64,000 nucleotides of DNA, from NCBI GenBank assembly GCA_965153355.1, contig OZ231126.1, positions 5,208,001 to 5,272,000 on the forward strand, in the 5' to 3' direction. The position numbers were made by a program, and so were the translations under genes. The notes under the pieces are model-generated. The model was not told the origin of the DNA. It saw only the letters and a list, made by a program, of their open reading frames with translations, and did no database searches. This document shows, in pieces, positions 39,133 through 50,672 of this stretch. Every line of letters starts with the position of its first letter. The first letter of the stretch is position 1. Source of the DNA: Flaccisagitta enflata (Eukaryota).

Positions 39133-39921
39133 TGAGATCGTTTAGCGTCTAGTTTCTTAGCAAGCTCCTGATGCGTTATCGCGAAAACTGACTCCACTGC
39201 GTAGCTGCGCTAAAGATTTGGATCGCACACCCGCTTAGAACGAATTGTTGAGATGAGCGGTCAAGTTGTCCGCGAAATCAGTCTATTCGTGGAATCCTGA
39301 CGGACAGAGAAAAAGGAAAAAGGTTAAGACAAGCTCTGTACATCAATGAAGGATACTTCTGTATGGCGCCAAAATGATAAAAGGTCAAGGACTTACACGG
39401 ATGTTGTCGAACGGTTTCCAATCTAGGCGCAGGGCAGGGAAGTCGGGGAAAAAGCATCAAAAATCGAGTCTTTAACTGAGATCGTGTAATCGAATGTCAG
39501 AAAGAAAGTCAGGGAAGCTACACTTACTTAACCTGGAAATAGCAAAAAAATGAGTCAAAACATCACGAGATTTGAAATTATTTGGCAGCAATGAAACAAT
39601 AATAAACAGACTCGTCACGTCGTGGGAATTCGATAGAGGGGTCGAAGTCTTTCCTCCTCTAAGCGGTTGAGAAGATATAGTTCATCAATTCTCAACCGGA
39701 AGTCAGCGCTTCCGGCGCGCGCGCGCGTTCCTCCCCTTCCTCCGTCGATCGAAGATCTCTCTCCTTCTTCCTCGATTTCCTCCACTCTGCAGTCGAGTGG
39801 ACGCCATCTTGGATTTTCGATGGCGAGAGAGCCCCTCCTATTCTCCGGATCCGCGGAGTCGAATGCGTCCGATCGAGCGCTTCTTGACCTGGAGATGGTG
39901 GGGAATGTGGAGATTCTCACA
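39133..39921 (-). repeat. 5' LTR (789 bp)
   Basis: Direct repeat of 27440-28221; differs by a few substitutions and short indels. Confidence 0.95.
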
Positions 39922-40105
39922 CCATTGGTCCTATGTTTCGACATGCATTACGATATTGTAGCAACGCGATGAATGGATTATGACATGTACACTTACCTTT
40001 TTACTTCCGCAGGCGCAAGTCCTTGATTAGCACAAAAAAATTGACTTTTATTGAACTTTAATTTGCCGTAAAAAGAAATCGAAACTGTGAAATTCGTTAT
40101 TGACG

Positions 40106-43100
40106 ATGGCGTTGCTGACGAAGGGATTGTTCCATTTGTTGCGGACGTCGTCTCGTCTGTCGACGCCGTGCTTCATAGCGCCGGTCAAAGGCGCTTCCAT
40201 CGCTTCCGCCGCCACCTCGTCCAAGTCGCCGACCTCCGCCGCCAACGCCTCCGCCAACATCTCGGCCAATTCATCTTCGCGCGTGAAAAAGTTCCAAATT
40301 TACCGATTCAATCCTGAGAACCCGGGAGAAAAACCGCGCAAGGAAATCTTCGAAGGTACAGTAGATCTCGTCTAGACTTGAGATAACGGCGGCAAGCATT
40401 GTGGAAAAACAAATGAAGCCAGGGGAGTCGGGTGTGTCAATATATAAAAGGTCTTTTGATCAGCTCATCATCATCAGGGAGTGTGAAGACACTAATTACA
40501 AGACACTTACCATTTTTATTTTTTTCAATTTCAATCATCTTCCGTTTTTTTAGCGCGAGTAAAGATTGTCAAAAATATATATACTTTTAGCGACTCTACC
40601 CAGTTTTGTTGAAAATGAGACTGATATATCATTCAAAAAATTATGTTTTTTTTGTTACTATTTCTTCTTATGAAAAGTAAAACATTTTGACCAATTCTTT
40701 TTAGATTAAAGAATAAGATAAGAAATGGGTTCTGATTTTTATTCTTATGATCAAGAATCCCGGTGCAAAACCAGCTGCACTACAATATACAAATTAGGGG
40801 CTAAATGGAGATTTGAAAAAAACGGAAGACGAATGAAATTAAGAAAAACAAAAATGGTAAGTACCTTAGAATTAGTGTCCCAACACTCCTTGATGATGAC
40901 AATCTGATCAAAAAAGTTTTTTGAATTTTGACACACCCGACCAGGGGAGTGATATTTGAAACATAGACTTATAAAGGGATAGTTTATTACCCATGATAGC
41001 TGGTTGCTATGGAAACGCATTTCTATGTATTTTCGCTAAAATATCAATATTTTGAGAAATTTTTTGAGGGAACATTTTTTAAACTCAAATTTGCTACAAC
41101 TTTCCCACAGTATGATCTGTAAGAATGTCGCTCCTTTAGCGGTTGCCAGGGGTCGTCACACATGGATAGCTCCCTAGCAACGGCCAAACGAGCGATATTC
41201 TTACAGAACATACTGTGGGAAAGTTGTAGCAAATTTGATTTTAACCAATGTTCCCTAAAAAATTTTTTCAAAATATTGATATTTTAGCGAGAATACATGG
41301 AAATGTGTTTCCATGGCAACCAGCTATCATGGGGAATTAAGCATCCTTTGACTAGTCTATGATCAAAATATCGCTCCCCTGCCTTCATTCCTCTTTCCAC
41401 AATGCTTGCCCCCGTTATCTCAAGTCTAGACGTGATCTACTGTACGGGTTGGCCAGCTAGTTTTGTTAGCTAATGGTAGTACAAATAGTGCTCATCCCGT
41501 TCGGTATCTCGGTAATAAATTGAACGTTGTACCGAATTTCTTTATCTTTTTAGTGGATCTGAACAAGAGTGGGCCGATGGTTTTAGACGCGTTGATCTAC
41601 ATCAAGAATAATCTCGACTCCAGTCTCACCTTCAGACGCTCTTGTCGCGAAGGTAAATCACGACGTTAAGTGAAACCCCACTACAAACGATTCAAAGCGT
41701 TTATCCAACTGCTACCGCCCCACCCCATTTAGGCTTTTGCTATTCCTGTGCGTTGAAACTCCTCTATTCTGAAAATCTAGCTGTAGTGTAATTCTTCCCC
41801 TTCCCCCGGCTTCGTATAGTCTGAAATCGTACTTTAACGCAATTTTTTCCCCTTCCCTTTATCAGACATCTGTTTTTCTTCTTGTTTTTTTTTCTGTAAA
41901 TAAAGAGGAGAGCATGGCAAACAAAATCAGTGGTGGGCAAAATTGCATAAGAATGGAAAAGTAACAGTAGTTTTTTTTACGTATAAGAAGATCAAAAATG
42001 AATGTATACAAAGGCACAAATGGGAATCACAGAATCACGGAATCATTCTTGTTGAATCTGTGAGCAATCTAAATATCTGCGCCAGCAACGGAAATTTGGC
42101 TGTAACGCTATTCCTCTCCCCCCCCCCCCCCTTCTTCGCTTTATCAGGCATTTGCGGTTCGTGTGCGATGAACATCAACGGCCGCAACACTTTGGCCTGT
42201 CTCTGCGCAATCGACGATCCAGCCAAAACCACGAAAATCTATCCCTTGCCGCACATGTACGTCGTCAAAGATCTCGTGCCAGGTGATTGGGGATCAGTGC
42301 TGGGAGGTTTCCATTACGCATACGGCATACAGGGGATAAGTTGGTTGCCGGATGATTCTGGATCAGTGGTGGGAGTGCTGTATGTGATTCCAGATCACAG
42401 TTTTGACGGCTGGGAGATTCCAAATATGAGGGTTAGTCGGTTCCAAAGAACTTGGAGTTTGTGGACAGTCTCGAATCTCTGTGGTCCAACCCCGAAGATT
42501 TAGCGATGATGATATCGATGACCCTAGGATGTGCGATGACGAGTGACGACGACGATGATAGCGATAATGACCTATCAAATATCCTATCAGCCCCGATGAC
42601 AATTCCTCATTCTCTCCCTCATGTACCTCCGCCTCCCGACTCGGGTCTCTTTACCCCTCACCATTATTTCAATCCACGACTCTCTCGTCTCCCCCCCCTC
42701 CCCCCTCATGCAGATATGACCAACTTTTATCAGCAATACACGAGCATCGAGCCGTATCTTCAACGTGACGGCGAACAAGTCTTTGGCGAGAAGGCTCATT
42801 TTCAATCGGTCGAAGATCGAGCCAAACTGGATGGTCTGTACGAGTGCATTCTCTGCGCTTGCTGCACGGCCAGCTGCCCCAGGTACTTAAATCAAATTGG
42901 ATTACGTCATTTAAATGCTTGGTCTGTCTGTCGGTCACACTAAGCTTTTTGGCGGGATCAGAAAACCGTTTTAATTCAAATGGTTTTTTAATTAATGTTT
43001 AAAGAAATCAGACGAAAAAAAAACACATCAAATATCACAATGATAGGTTTCGCTTCAGCTGATCTTTAAAAGCCTCTTTCCAGCCCACTGTTTACTCGAG

Positions 43101-43533
43101 CGCGATCTAGCGTCAGAGTCGTTCATTATCTATTGGGCTTGAGTATTTCTCCTCATCGGCTTGGAGCTGCTTCAACGTCTGCGATTCTGATCGACTTCCG
43201 GTCATAACTTCGTCTTTATCGAAGTTGTTGACGTCGTCGTCGAAGAGCATTTCCCGAATCGGATCCGCGGCGTTTTTTAACGCCATTGATTTCCGTCTGT
43301 AAGGGTCTTCTCTGTCGAAAGGAATTGGTTGCTCTTTCATTCTCATTTTGTTGCGATCTTCGTTTGCGGCCTGTAGCTTGTGGGCGCGTGATTTGAATGA
43401 AGCCTGATCATTTGGAGTTGTGAGGCAATTTATGGTAAAATTTGGGTTGTGCTGGCCAAACAGCTCACAAGGATTACCTCGATTGAATAGATCGCAAATG
43501 GCGATAAGTACGCAACAACGTTGGTAACTACGC

Positions 43534-43574
<41 letters not shown>

Positions 43575-43583
43575 GACATTTTC

Positions 43584-43616
<33 letters not shown>

Positions 43617-46543
43617 AACAATAACAATAACAATAACAATAACAATGACAACAACAATAACAATAACAATAACAATAACAATAACAATAACAATAACAAT
43701 AACAATAACAACAACAACAACAACAACAATAACAATAACAATAACAACAACAATAACAATAACAACAACAACAACAGAGCCCAACGATGACAATAAAAGT
43801 GAGGACAGAAACCAATTACAGAAACCAATTTCTCCATTCACAAACCTTAAGTTTGGGAACTTCCAACGCCATGGCTACTGACAGGAACACGACGAGAGCC
43901 ATGAGCCCCGCGGCCACCATCCCGACGTAACCCACGTATCGTCTTCGTCTCGTCGTCGTCGTTGTCGCTCGACTTTCCAAGCGTCGAAGTAACTCGGCTG
44001 TCGATCCGTCCGCGCTCTCATTGTCAACTATGTCTCGCTGCGGATTACAATTGGCAATTAAGGATTTCACGTTTGATGCAGTGGCAGCTCAATCATTACC
44101 CTTGTCCTTTGAATATTTTCCTTCGTCAAAAAATGATGTTGCATGAATAAGTTCGTCATTGTTCGTGTAAGCACTTGTTAGCGTCGTCGTTTCTCCCACG
44201 GTTCTTTTGACTTCCACTTTGCACTCAATTTGCAGACTAAATACTTTGAGCTATCCCACCCACCAAACTGCGGTCAACCGCTTTTGCATCCCTACTTTTA
44301 TCTGACGGTTCAAGCGGCAGATCACCACACAAAGACTTTTAGCTCAACACGGACACTTATCAGTGGGTCACCTCTGCCATTCCTCCGATGCTTCTGCTCG
44401 ATTGCTTGTCAGTTGGTAAGTCACTCTTATAAGATTGAGGATCCGTCTCTAATATTTCAAATGGTCCCGGCGTGAGGGAAAGGCTTGCATGCTCTTCGTC
44501 GCTTGGAATGCCCATTGGTCGACTGTAGTTCTGTACAGATTCGTATCGAGACTAATTGTATGGTCTTATAAGACTTTTACGTTAAAGGCCGTGCACTTAA
44601 AAGTCCTGGTCTAATACCACACCAGTTGAGCTCAACAGGTTTATATTCCCAAAAGCCATATAAATAGATTAAACATCGATTGAGCCAAATGTAACAAGGC
44701 CAGACACACCAGATGAGCAGAAATGTGAAAACTGCTTGTAAATCTAAGATGTTAGTGACCGACGGACGTACGGATGTTCCAATTTAGTCGCGTCCGTGAC
44801 CAATAAAGATTCTTACTTCATTGTAAAGCATGAGGGATGGAGTTTCGGCGGCTAGAGCCGCGTCGGGGTCGCCATCCATCGGCGTCATCATTTTTGAGAT
44901 TTTGGGGAGATTCGAAATTAATTGAAATGAAAAATGAGATTTTTGCTTTTGGCTTCTCTGCTCCTGGAAAACCGTAAATCGGTCATGTTTGACCTTTTTT
45001 TTAAAGCATCGTCTAAAACTACAGGGTGTATCACATCAAACAGGACAAAAGAAAACGATGTATTTTTGTTTCTAGAAGTGCAAAATCATTTCTGAAAACT
45101 GTTTCTAAAAGATAACTTCAGACGATTTTTGAATGATACAGACTTTTGCTAGTCACGGTTAACACATACCCTCAACAAAACCATGAAAAAATGCCTTTTT
45201 TAGCAAAAAATGCTAATTTCTATCCCAATTTAAGGTTTTTCCTTAGATTTTCCTTGCTATATACAGATATAGATGACAAAAAATGGTCAGAAATGTTTGT
45301 CAGTTAAGCTAGGACACTGAAGATTGGGATTCCCACATGACCTTTATCAAAATTGTATTATTCAATATAGTTATTGACTTTTTTGTCAATGCGCATAAAA
45401 ATTTTTTGTGATGAAAATTACAAAAAAGTCTCTGGACCCAACCAATACTGTACAATTTTCTCATTTTTTGCACAGGTATGATTCTACCTCACAATATCTT
45501 TATTTCAAGACCATTGCCAGGATTGTAGCACCATTTGTTTGGAAATAAGAGTGGGATAAAAGGATGCTTGTCAATGCACAACAAAACAAGAAAAAACTCA
45601 AAGTAAAAACTGTACTTTGCTTTAAATAATACAAAGGGATTCAGTTTTCTTAATGAGCCTTTGGCAAAATACAGATATAAAAATCGTTTTTCAAGAGCTT
45701 TCCGAACCTGTTTACAGAATCATTCTACCATTTCTAGAAGCAAAGATACATCGTTTTCTTTGGTCCTGTTTGGCGTGGTACTCCCTGTAGTGGAATGTTC
45801 ATTGATGTTTGGGTCCTGCTGAGTATGGGAGGTGATGTTAATATGCATCGTAAACTGATTGTTGATCAACTTTGACATTTCTCCCTTTGCATTTCAGCTA
45901 CTGTTGAAATGGCGATCGTTATTTGGATCCCGCAGTGTTGATGCAAATGCACTGTTGGATGATCAACTCATTCTTTCCTCTCTTCCCTTTCAGCTACTAG
46001 TGGAATGGCGATCATTATTTGAATCCCAATGTGTTGCTTCAAATATACCGTTGGATGATCAACTCATTCTTTCCCCTTTTTCGCTCAGCTATTGGTGGAA
46101 TGGCGATTGTTATTTGGGTCCCGCGGTGTTGATGCAAATATACTGTTGGATGATCAACTTATTCTTTCCTCTTTTTCTCTCTCGGCTGCTGGAGGAATGG
46201 CGAGTGTTATTTGTTCATAATGTACTGTTAAATGATCAACTCATTCTTTCGTATCTTCCCTTTAAGCTACTGGTGGAATGGCGATCGATATTTGGGTCCC
46301 GCGGTGTTGATGCAAATGTACCGTTGGATGATCGACTCTCGTGACCAGTCTTTGTTCCACCGCATGGAGAAGATGCAAGGAGATTATTCCCTCTACCGAT
46401 GCCACACCATCATGAACTGCACCAAGACGTGTCCCAAAGGACTCAATCCGGGACAAGCCATCGCCGGAATCAAGAAAATCATGATGGACTATGGAAAAGA
46501 AAAGGAAAAGCACGAGCAAGCGCATGGCAAACAAGCCAAATGA
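40106..46543 (+). CDS. SDHB: Succinate dehydrogenase iron-sulfur subunit
   Basis: Exons 40106-40355, 41554-41652, 42148-42282, 42714-42882, 46267-46543. Motifs: [50 protein letters not shown]. Confidence 0.97.
40359..41442. mobile_element. Tc1/mariner-pogo-like MITE with TA TSD, containing a nested foldback (~40943-41381)
   Basis: ta|cagtagatctcgtctagacttgagataacg... pairs with ...cgttatctcaagtctagacgtgatctactg|ta. Internal inverted arms of ~190 bp. Confidence 0.8.
43113..44891 (-). CDS. Putative multi-exon orphan membrane-protein gene nested antisense in SDHB intron 4
   Basis: ATG exon [10 protein letters not shown]...YNE|gtaaga (44891-44817), further AG/GT blocks, a hydrophobic helix [22 protein letters not shown], and a terminal exon ASFKSRAHK...IDNERL*. 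Internal phases are not fully resolved. Confidence 0.4.
43533..43775. repeat. (CAA)n/(AACAAT)n microsatellite
   Basis: Directly visible. Confidence 0.95.
45022..45787. mobile_element. Tc1/mariner-like MITE
   Basis: ta|cagggtgtatcacatcaaacaggac... pairs with ...gtcctgtttggcgtggtactccctg|ta. Confidence 0.75.
45860..46340 (+). repeat. ~96-bp tandem repeats spanning the acceptor of the last SDHB exon
   Basis: Five copies of polypyrimidine-ag-CTACTGGTGGAATGGCGA...GATGATCAACTC; the last is the true exon. Confidence 0.9.
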
Positions 46544-46550
46544 TGGAGAT

Positions 46551-46771
46551 AGGAAGGAAGGATGGAAGGATGAAGGAAGGAAGGAAGAAAGAAAGGAAGG
46601 AAGGAAGGAAGGAAGGAAGGAAGGAAGGAAGGAAGGAAGGAAGGAAGGAAGGAAGGAAGGATGGAAGGATGGAAAGAGGAAGCAAGCCAGCCAGCCAGCC
46701 AGGAAGGAAGGAAGGAAGGAAGGAAGGAAGGAAGGAAGGAAGGAAGGAAGGAAGGAAGGAAGGAAGGAAGG
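46551..46771. repeat. (GGAA)n microsatellite just after the SDHB stop
   Basis: Directly visible. Confidence 0.95.
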
Positions 46772-47358
46772 GCTTGATGTATATGGCTTGATGTATATGG
46801 CTGGAAACTACAGAAAAACAAAGAAAGAAACAAGGAAGGGGACCCTATGTAGGAATTGTGGGAAGATATGGACTGAGGAGATCAATATTGATTACAATTG
46901 TTTAAACGGGAAAGCTACTTTCTTTACTTGATGCCAAGAGGCGACTCTCGGTTGGTCATGCTTCGTTCAATCCCGATACTCTCGCTATCATTACTTAAAG
47001 CTTTTTTTTTTTTTTTTGGCAAGCAGTTATAATCACAACTTGTGACCTTGTGTTTTATAACTTTTTTTTCGCGTGAACTTTAAATCAATGAGATATTGAT
47101 CTCTAGAGTGACAAATTATAAGAAAGATTAAACTGTGATACTATATCAACAAAGAGAGATTGTCTCCCGCTTGAATATCCGTTTGAAATATATCCGGCTT
47201 TCATCACGTGTCTTCGTTGTCGTAACGCGTGTCACAAATACGCGTCTCTCGCGCTTCCTTGCGCCGATTTGCCCTTCTCCGACGTTTGTGACCACAAAAC
47301 CAACGACTGTCCTCAGCGAGGAGGAAGAGGAGAAGGTAAATCCTTCGATAACCGAAAG

Positions 47359-49490
47359 ATGGCGTCGCAAAGCGCAGGAATCCAACAGCTTCTTATCGCC
47401 GAGAAGAGAGCCGCCGAGAAAGTGAGTTAAAATGGTTGTTGAATATTGAATTTCAGGGATGACATCTGAGAAATGAACATGCCGAATTGCCGATGTGTAA
47501 GCGATGCGGAGGCCAGGATGGGTGCCTAAGATCATGACAAGGCCTATCATCTGGGTTGTCAAAAAAGCCACTTTTTTTAAAAAAAACAGTTTTAGCCGGC
47601 TAAAATGGATTAAACCGGCTAAAATCCTGTGTTTTTTCAAACGCCGGATTTTTTCAAAAATGCGCCATGGAAGTAGTAGCAATCAGTATAAATATGCTAA
47701 AATAATGTTGATATATAGTGCTAGATGAGAAAAAAAGCTACACTTGACCTTGTTAGCGATGGAATCAATAACAGTTGGAGCTGCAGTCACCTTTTGATGT
47801 CTCTCAACTGATCAATCCTAAGTCACCTTTTTATCCTATGATGAAGGTAAGCGAGTAAGAGAAATGATCAGGGATCAGGGATATGATCAGGGAAATACAG
47901 TAGGACCCCGCCTCATCGGTCCCATTGGGACCAAAGATTTTTCACCTTTATCTCAGGTTTACCTTTAAAGAGAGGTAAAATAACATTAAATACTATAATT
48001 TGGGACCTGAAAATGTTGACCTTTATTGATGGGGAACCTTTAAAGGCGGGGCTGTTATTGCGGGGTCCCACTGTATTCAGAGAAATGATCAGAGATTGTG
48101 ATTTGTGGTTCAATTCACGATTAAATTGATTAAATATGATAAATTTAATGATATATCAATAAGGCGCATGTTTGATAAAAAATTTGGAATTTTCCCCTGC
48201 CACTAGCAACACGGATAACTAAAGAGAGAAAAAAGAGGTGTATGATTTTGAGAGGAATACAAAAAAAGAGGTGTATGATTTTGAGAGGAAAACAACAGCT
48301 GCTCTGAAGTCAAGACAAGAAAAAATTCGTTGAAAAAAAACCTGGTTTTTGGGAAATTTTGGATTTTCGGTGATTTTACAAAAATTTTTTTGAAAAAAGC
48401 CAATTTTAGCCGGCTTTTTTCAAAAATCGTTTGAAAAAAGCCAATTTAATCCAGCCGGTTTAATCCGGCTTTTTTCAAGTGGCTAAAATCAGCGTGACAA
48501 CCCAGCCTATCATTACATGCCTATATGGCCTATCATGACATGGCCTATCATGACATGGCCTATCATGACATGGCCTATCATGACATGGCCTATCATGACA
48601 TGGCCTATCATGACATGGCCTATCATGACATGGCCTATCATGCGCTAGAATAGATTAATTAATCATGCGGCAGACGTATATGGTTTTAAAAACTGCCTGC
48701 AATGGTCATTAACATTCAATTTTAAGAACACGCGGGAACATAGGAAGATATTTGACATCAAATTGGTGATACCTCAGGTCCTGACTGCTAATTAAATGCC
48801 GCCATCATTCCTCTCTTCAGGTGGAAACCGCGCGGAAGCGGAAGCAGAAACGGTTGAAGCAGGCGAAAGACGAGGCTCAAGCGGAAGTGGAGGCGTATCG
48901 TAACGAACGCGAGGCCACGTACAAGGAACGCGAATCCGCCCACATGGGATCAAGAGGAGATTTGGAGGCACGGATCAACGGACAGACGGAGCAAAAACTC
49001 AAAGACGTCGAAACCGCCTTTCAAAGTCAGTGAAATGATCATCGTCACCATCAACATCATCATCATCACGCTCAACATCATCATCATCATCGTCATCCAC
49101 ATCATCAGCGTCATTATCATTACCGTCATTATCATCACCGTCATTATCATCACCGTCATTATCATCACCGTCATCACCATCATCATTGTTTCTGATCTCT
49201 TCGCTGAAAATGACGTTGTGACAGTATGTGATCATATGTGGCCCCTTGATTGCCATCATTTGCCTGTGTGTCATCTGTCGGTCTGTCCGGCAAACTGTCC
49301 ATTTGTGTCGGCTATCTTGGTCTCGGGTGGGAAAACCGGCAGCGATTTGATTGAGCCCGCCTTACAAAAACTTGTCTTCTTATCTCATTTACTTTGCGCA
49401 GAAAACAAAGACGATGTGCTAAATGGTTTGATGGATCTAGTCATGGATGTGGAACCCCAACTACACAAAAATCAAAAACATTTTCTTTAA
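47359..49490 (+). CDS. ATP6V1G: V-type proton ATPase subunit G
   Basis: Exons 47359-47421, 48821-49025, 49402-49490. [48 protein letters not shown]...DVEPQLHKN. Confidence 0.95.
47551..48505. mobile_element. hAT-like non-autonomous element with a nested pogo-like MITE (47898-48073)
   Basis: TIR ctgggttgtca/tgacaacccag with 8-bp TSD CCTATCAT (47543-47550, 48506-48513). Nested ta|cagtaggaccccgc...gcggggtcccactg|ta. Confidence 0.75.
48525..48642. repeat. 15-bp tandem repeat (catggcctatcatga)n
   Basis: About eight copies. Confidence 0.9.
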
Positions 49491-49831
49491 ACTGTAAACC
49501 AAGGGATGAACCTATGTATAGAAATAGGGAGAATGTTTTCCGGCTTTTCATATCAAAATTGACCGCAGATGTCTAGTCGCCTATTTTTTTACGTTTTACA
49601 CGTCCATCGCTGTGTTTTGAAAGACCGTCTCGTGGTGTTCCGGATTTGATGCAATTTAGTCGTTTGTACTGTTCAATCCAATGGCTCGGTCAAATGTCAC
49701 ATGCAAGTGAATCTTCGCTATCTCTTTTCAACTCTATCTATCAGTCGTTCCCTGAATCCCTGTGTAATGAATTCATTGGTAGTGAGGGGGAGCGAAGCTT
49801 TTTTGTCCTTTTTTCATAGTGGAGTTAATGT

Positions 49832-50125
49832 ATGACACAGCATGTCAGTGGACTAAATCTAAATGAATCTAAATGAATCTAAATGAATCTAAATGAATCT
49901 AAATGTAAATGGATCTAAATCTAAATGAATCTTAATCTAAATGAATCTAAATGAATCTAAATCTAAATGAATCTAAATCTAAATGAATCTAAATCTAAAT
50001 CTAAATGAATCTAAATCTAAATGAATCTAAATCTAAATGAATCTAAATGAATCTAAATGAATCTAAATGAATCTAAATCTAAATAAATCTAAATGAATGA
50101 CACAGCATGTCAGTGGACTAAATCT
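49832..50125. repeat. (ATCTAAATGA/ATCTAA)n minisatellite bracketed by a 29-bp direct repeat
   Basis: atgacacagcatgtcagtggactaaatct occurs at 49832 and 50097. Confidence 0.9.
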
Positions 50126-50581
50126 TGATGCCGTTTTAGTTTGTACATATCTCTTGGTAAAATATAGCAACTAGGTTACTCAACACACCGCAAAAGATTT
50201 TTCAAAGGTTTATTCAGCAGATTTAAATTTTAATAGGTTTTTTATGCAAGGTTCGAACCGATGCATATTCTCGCACCCCCTCACTATCATTGGATACGAC
50301 TAAAGCCGATTTTTTTCTGGTCAACATATTTTGCTCAGTTTTGGTTTTCTTAAACATGAAAAAAAAAACAACAGTGGTTAACTTCGTCATTATTGATGTT
50401 GAGCATCAGATCTGGGGCACCTTGATGTGCGCTTTAAAAATCGTGGTTCATATCATATCAAAACGACTCTACAATAACACAGTACGCGCGCGCCGAGCTT
50501 TTTGCTGATGAATAACTGCCATCGTTTTAGTGTGTGTTATTTCTTTGACCGGTATATACTATTTCTAACCATATCTAAATG

Positions 50582-50672
<91 letters not shown>

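Larger units (their letters stand above)
27440..39921 (-). mobile_element. Full-length BEL/Pao LTR retrotransposon
   Basis: Near-identical TG...CA LTRs (39921-39133 and 28221-27440). TSD CCATT at 27435-27439 and 39922-39926. PPT ATGGGGGAC at 28230-28222. Domain order Gag-PR-RT-RH-IN. Confidence 0.96.

Noticed and set aside
39357-39374. TGGCGCC on the minus strand, resembling a tRNA PBS
   Set aside because: It lies inside the repeat and is present in both LTRs. The TG...CA ends and the CCATT TSD fix the LTR edge at 39133, not here.
42452-42713. Acidic in-frame extension upstream of SDHB exon 4
   Set aside because: It lies in a GT-AG intron whose removal restores the conserved KDLVPDMTNFY; no independent support.
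43430-43881. PolyL/polyN/polyC/IT ORFs
   Set aside because: Translations of a microsatellite. The same applies to ORFs over the (CA)n, (GGAA)n, (CT)n and (CAT)n tracts.
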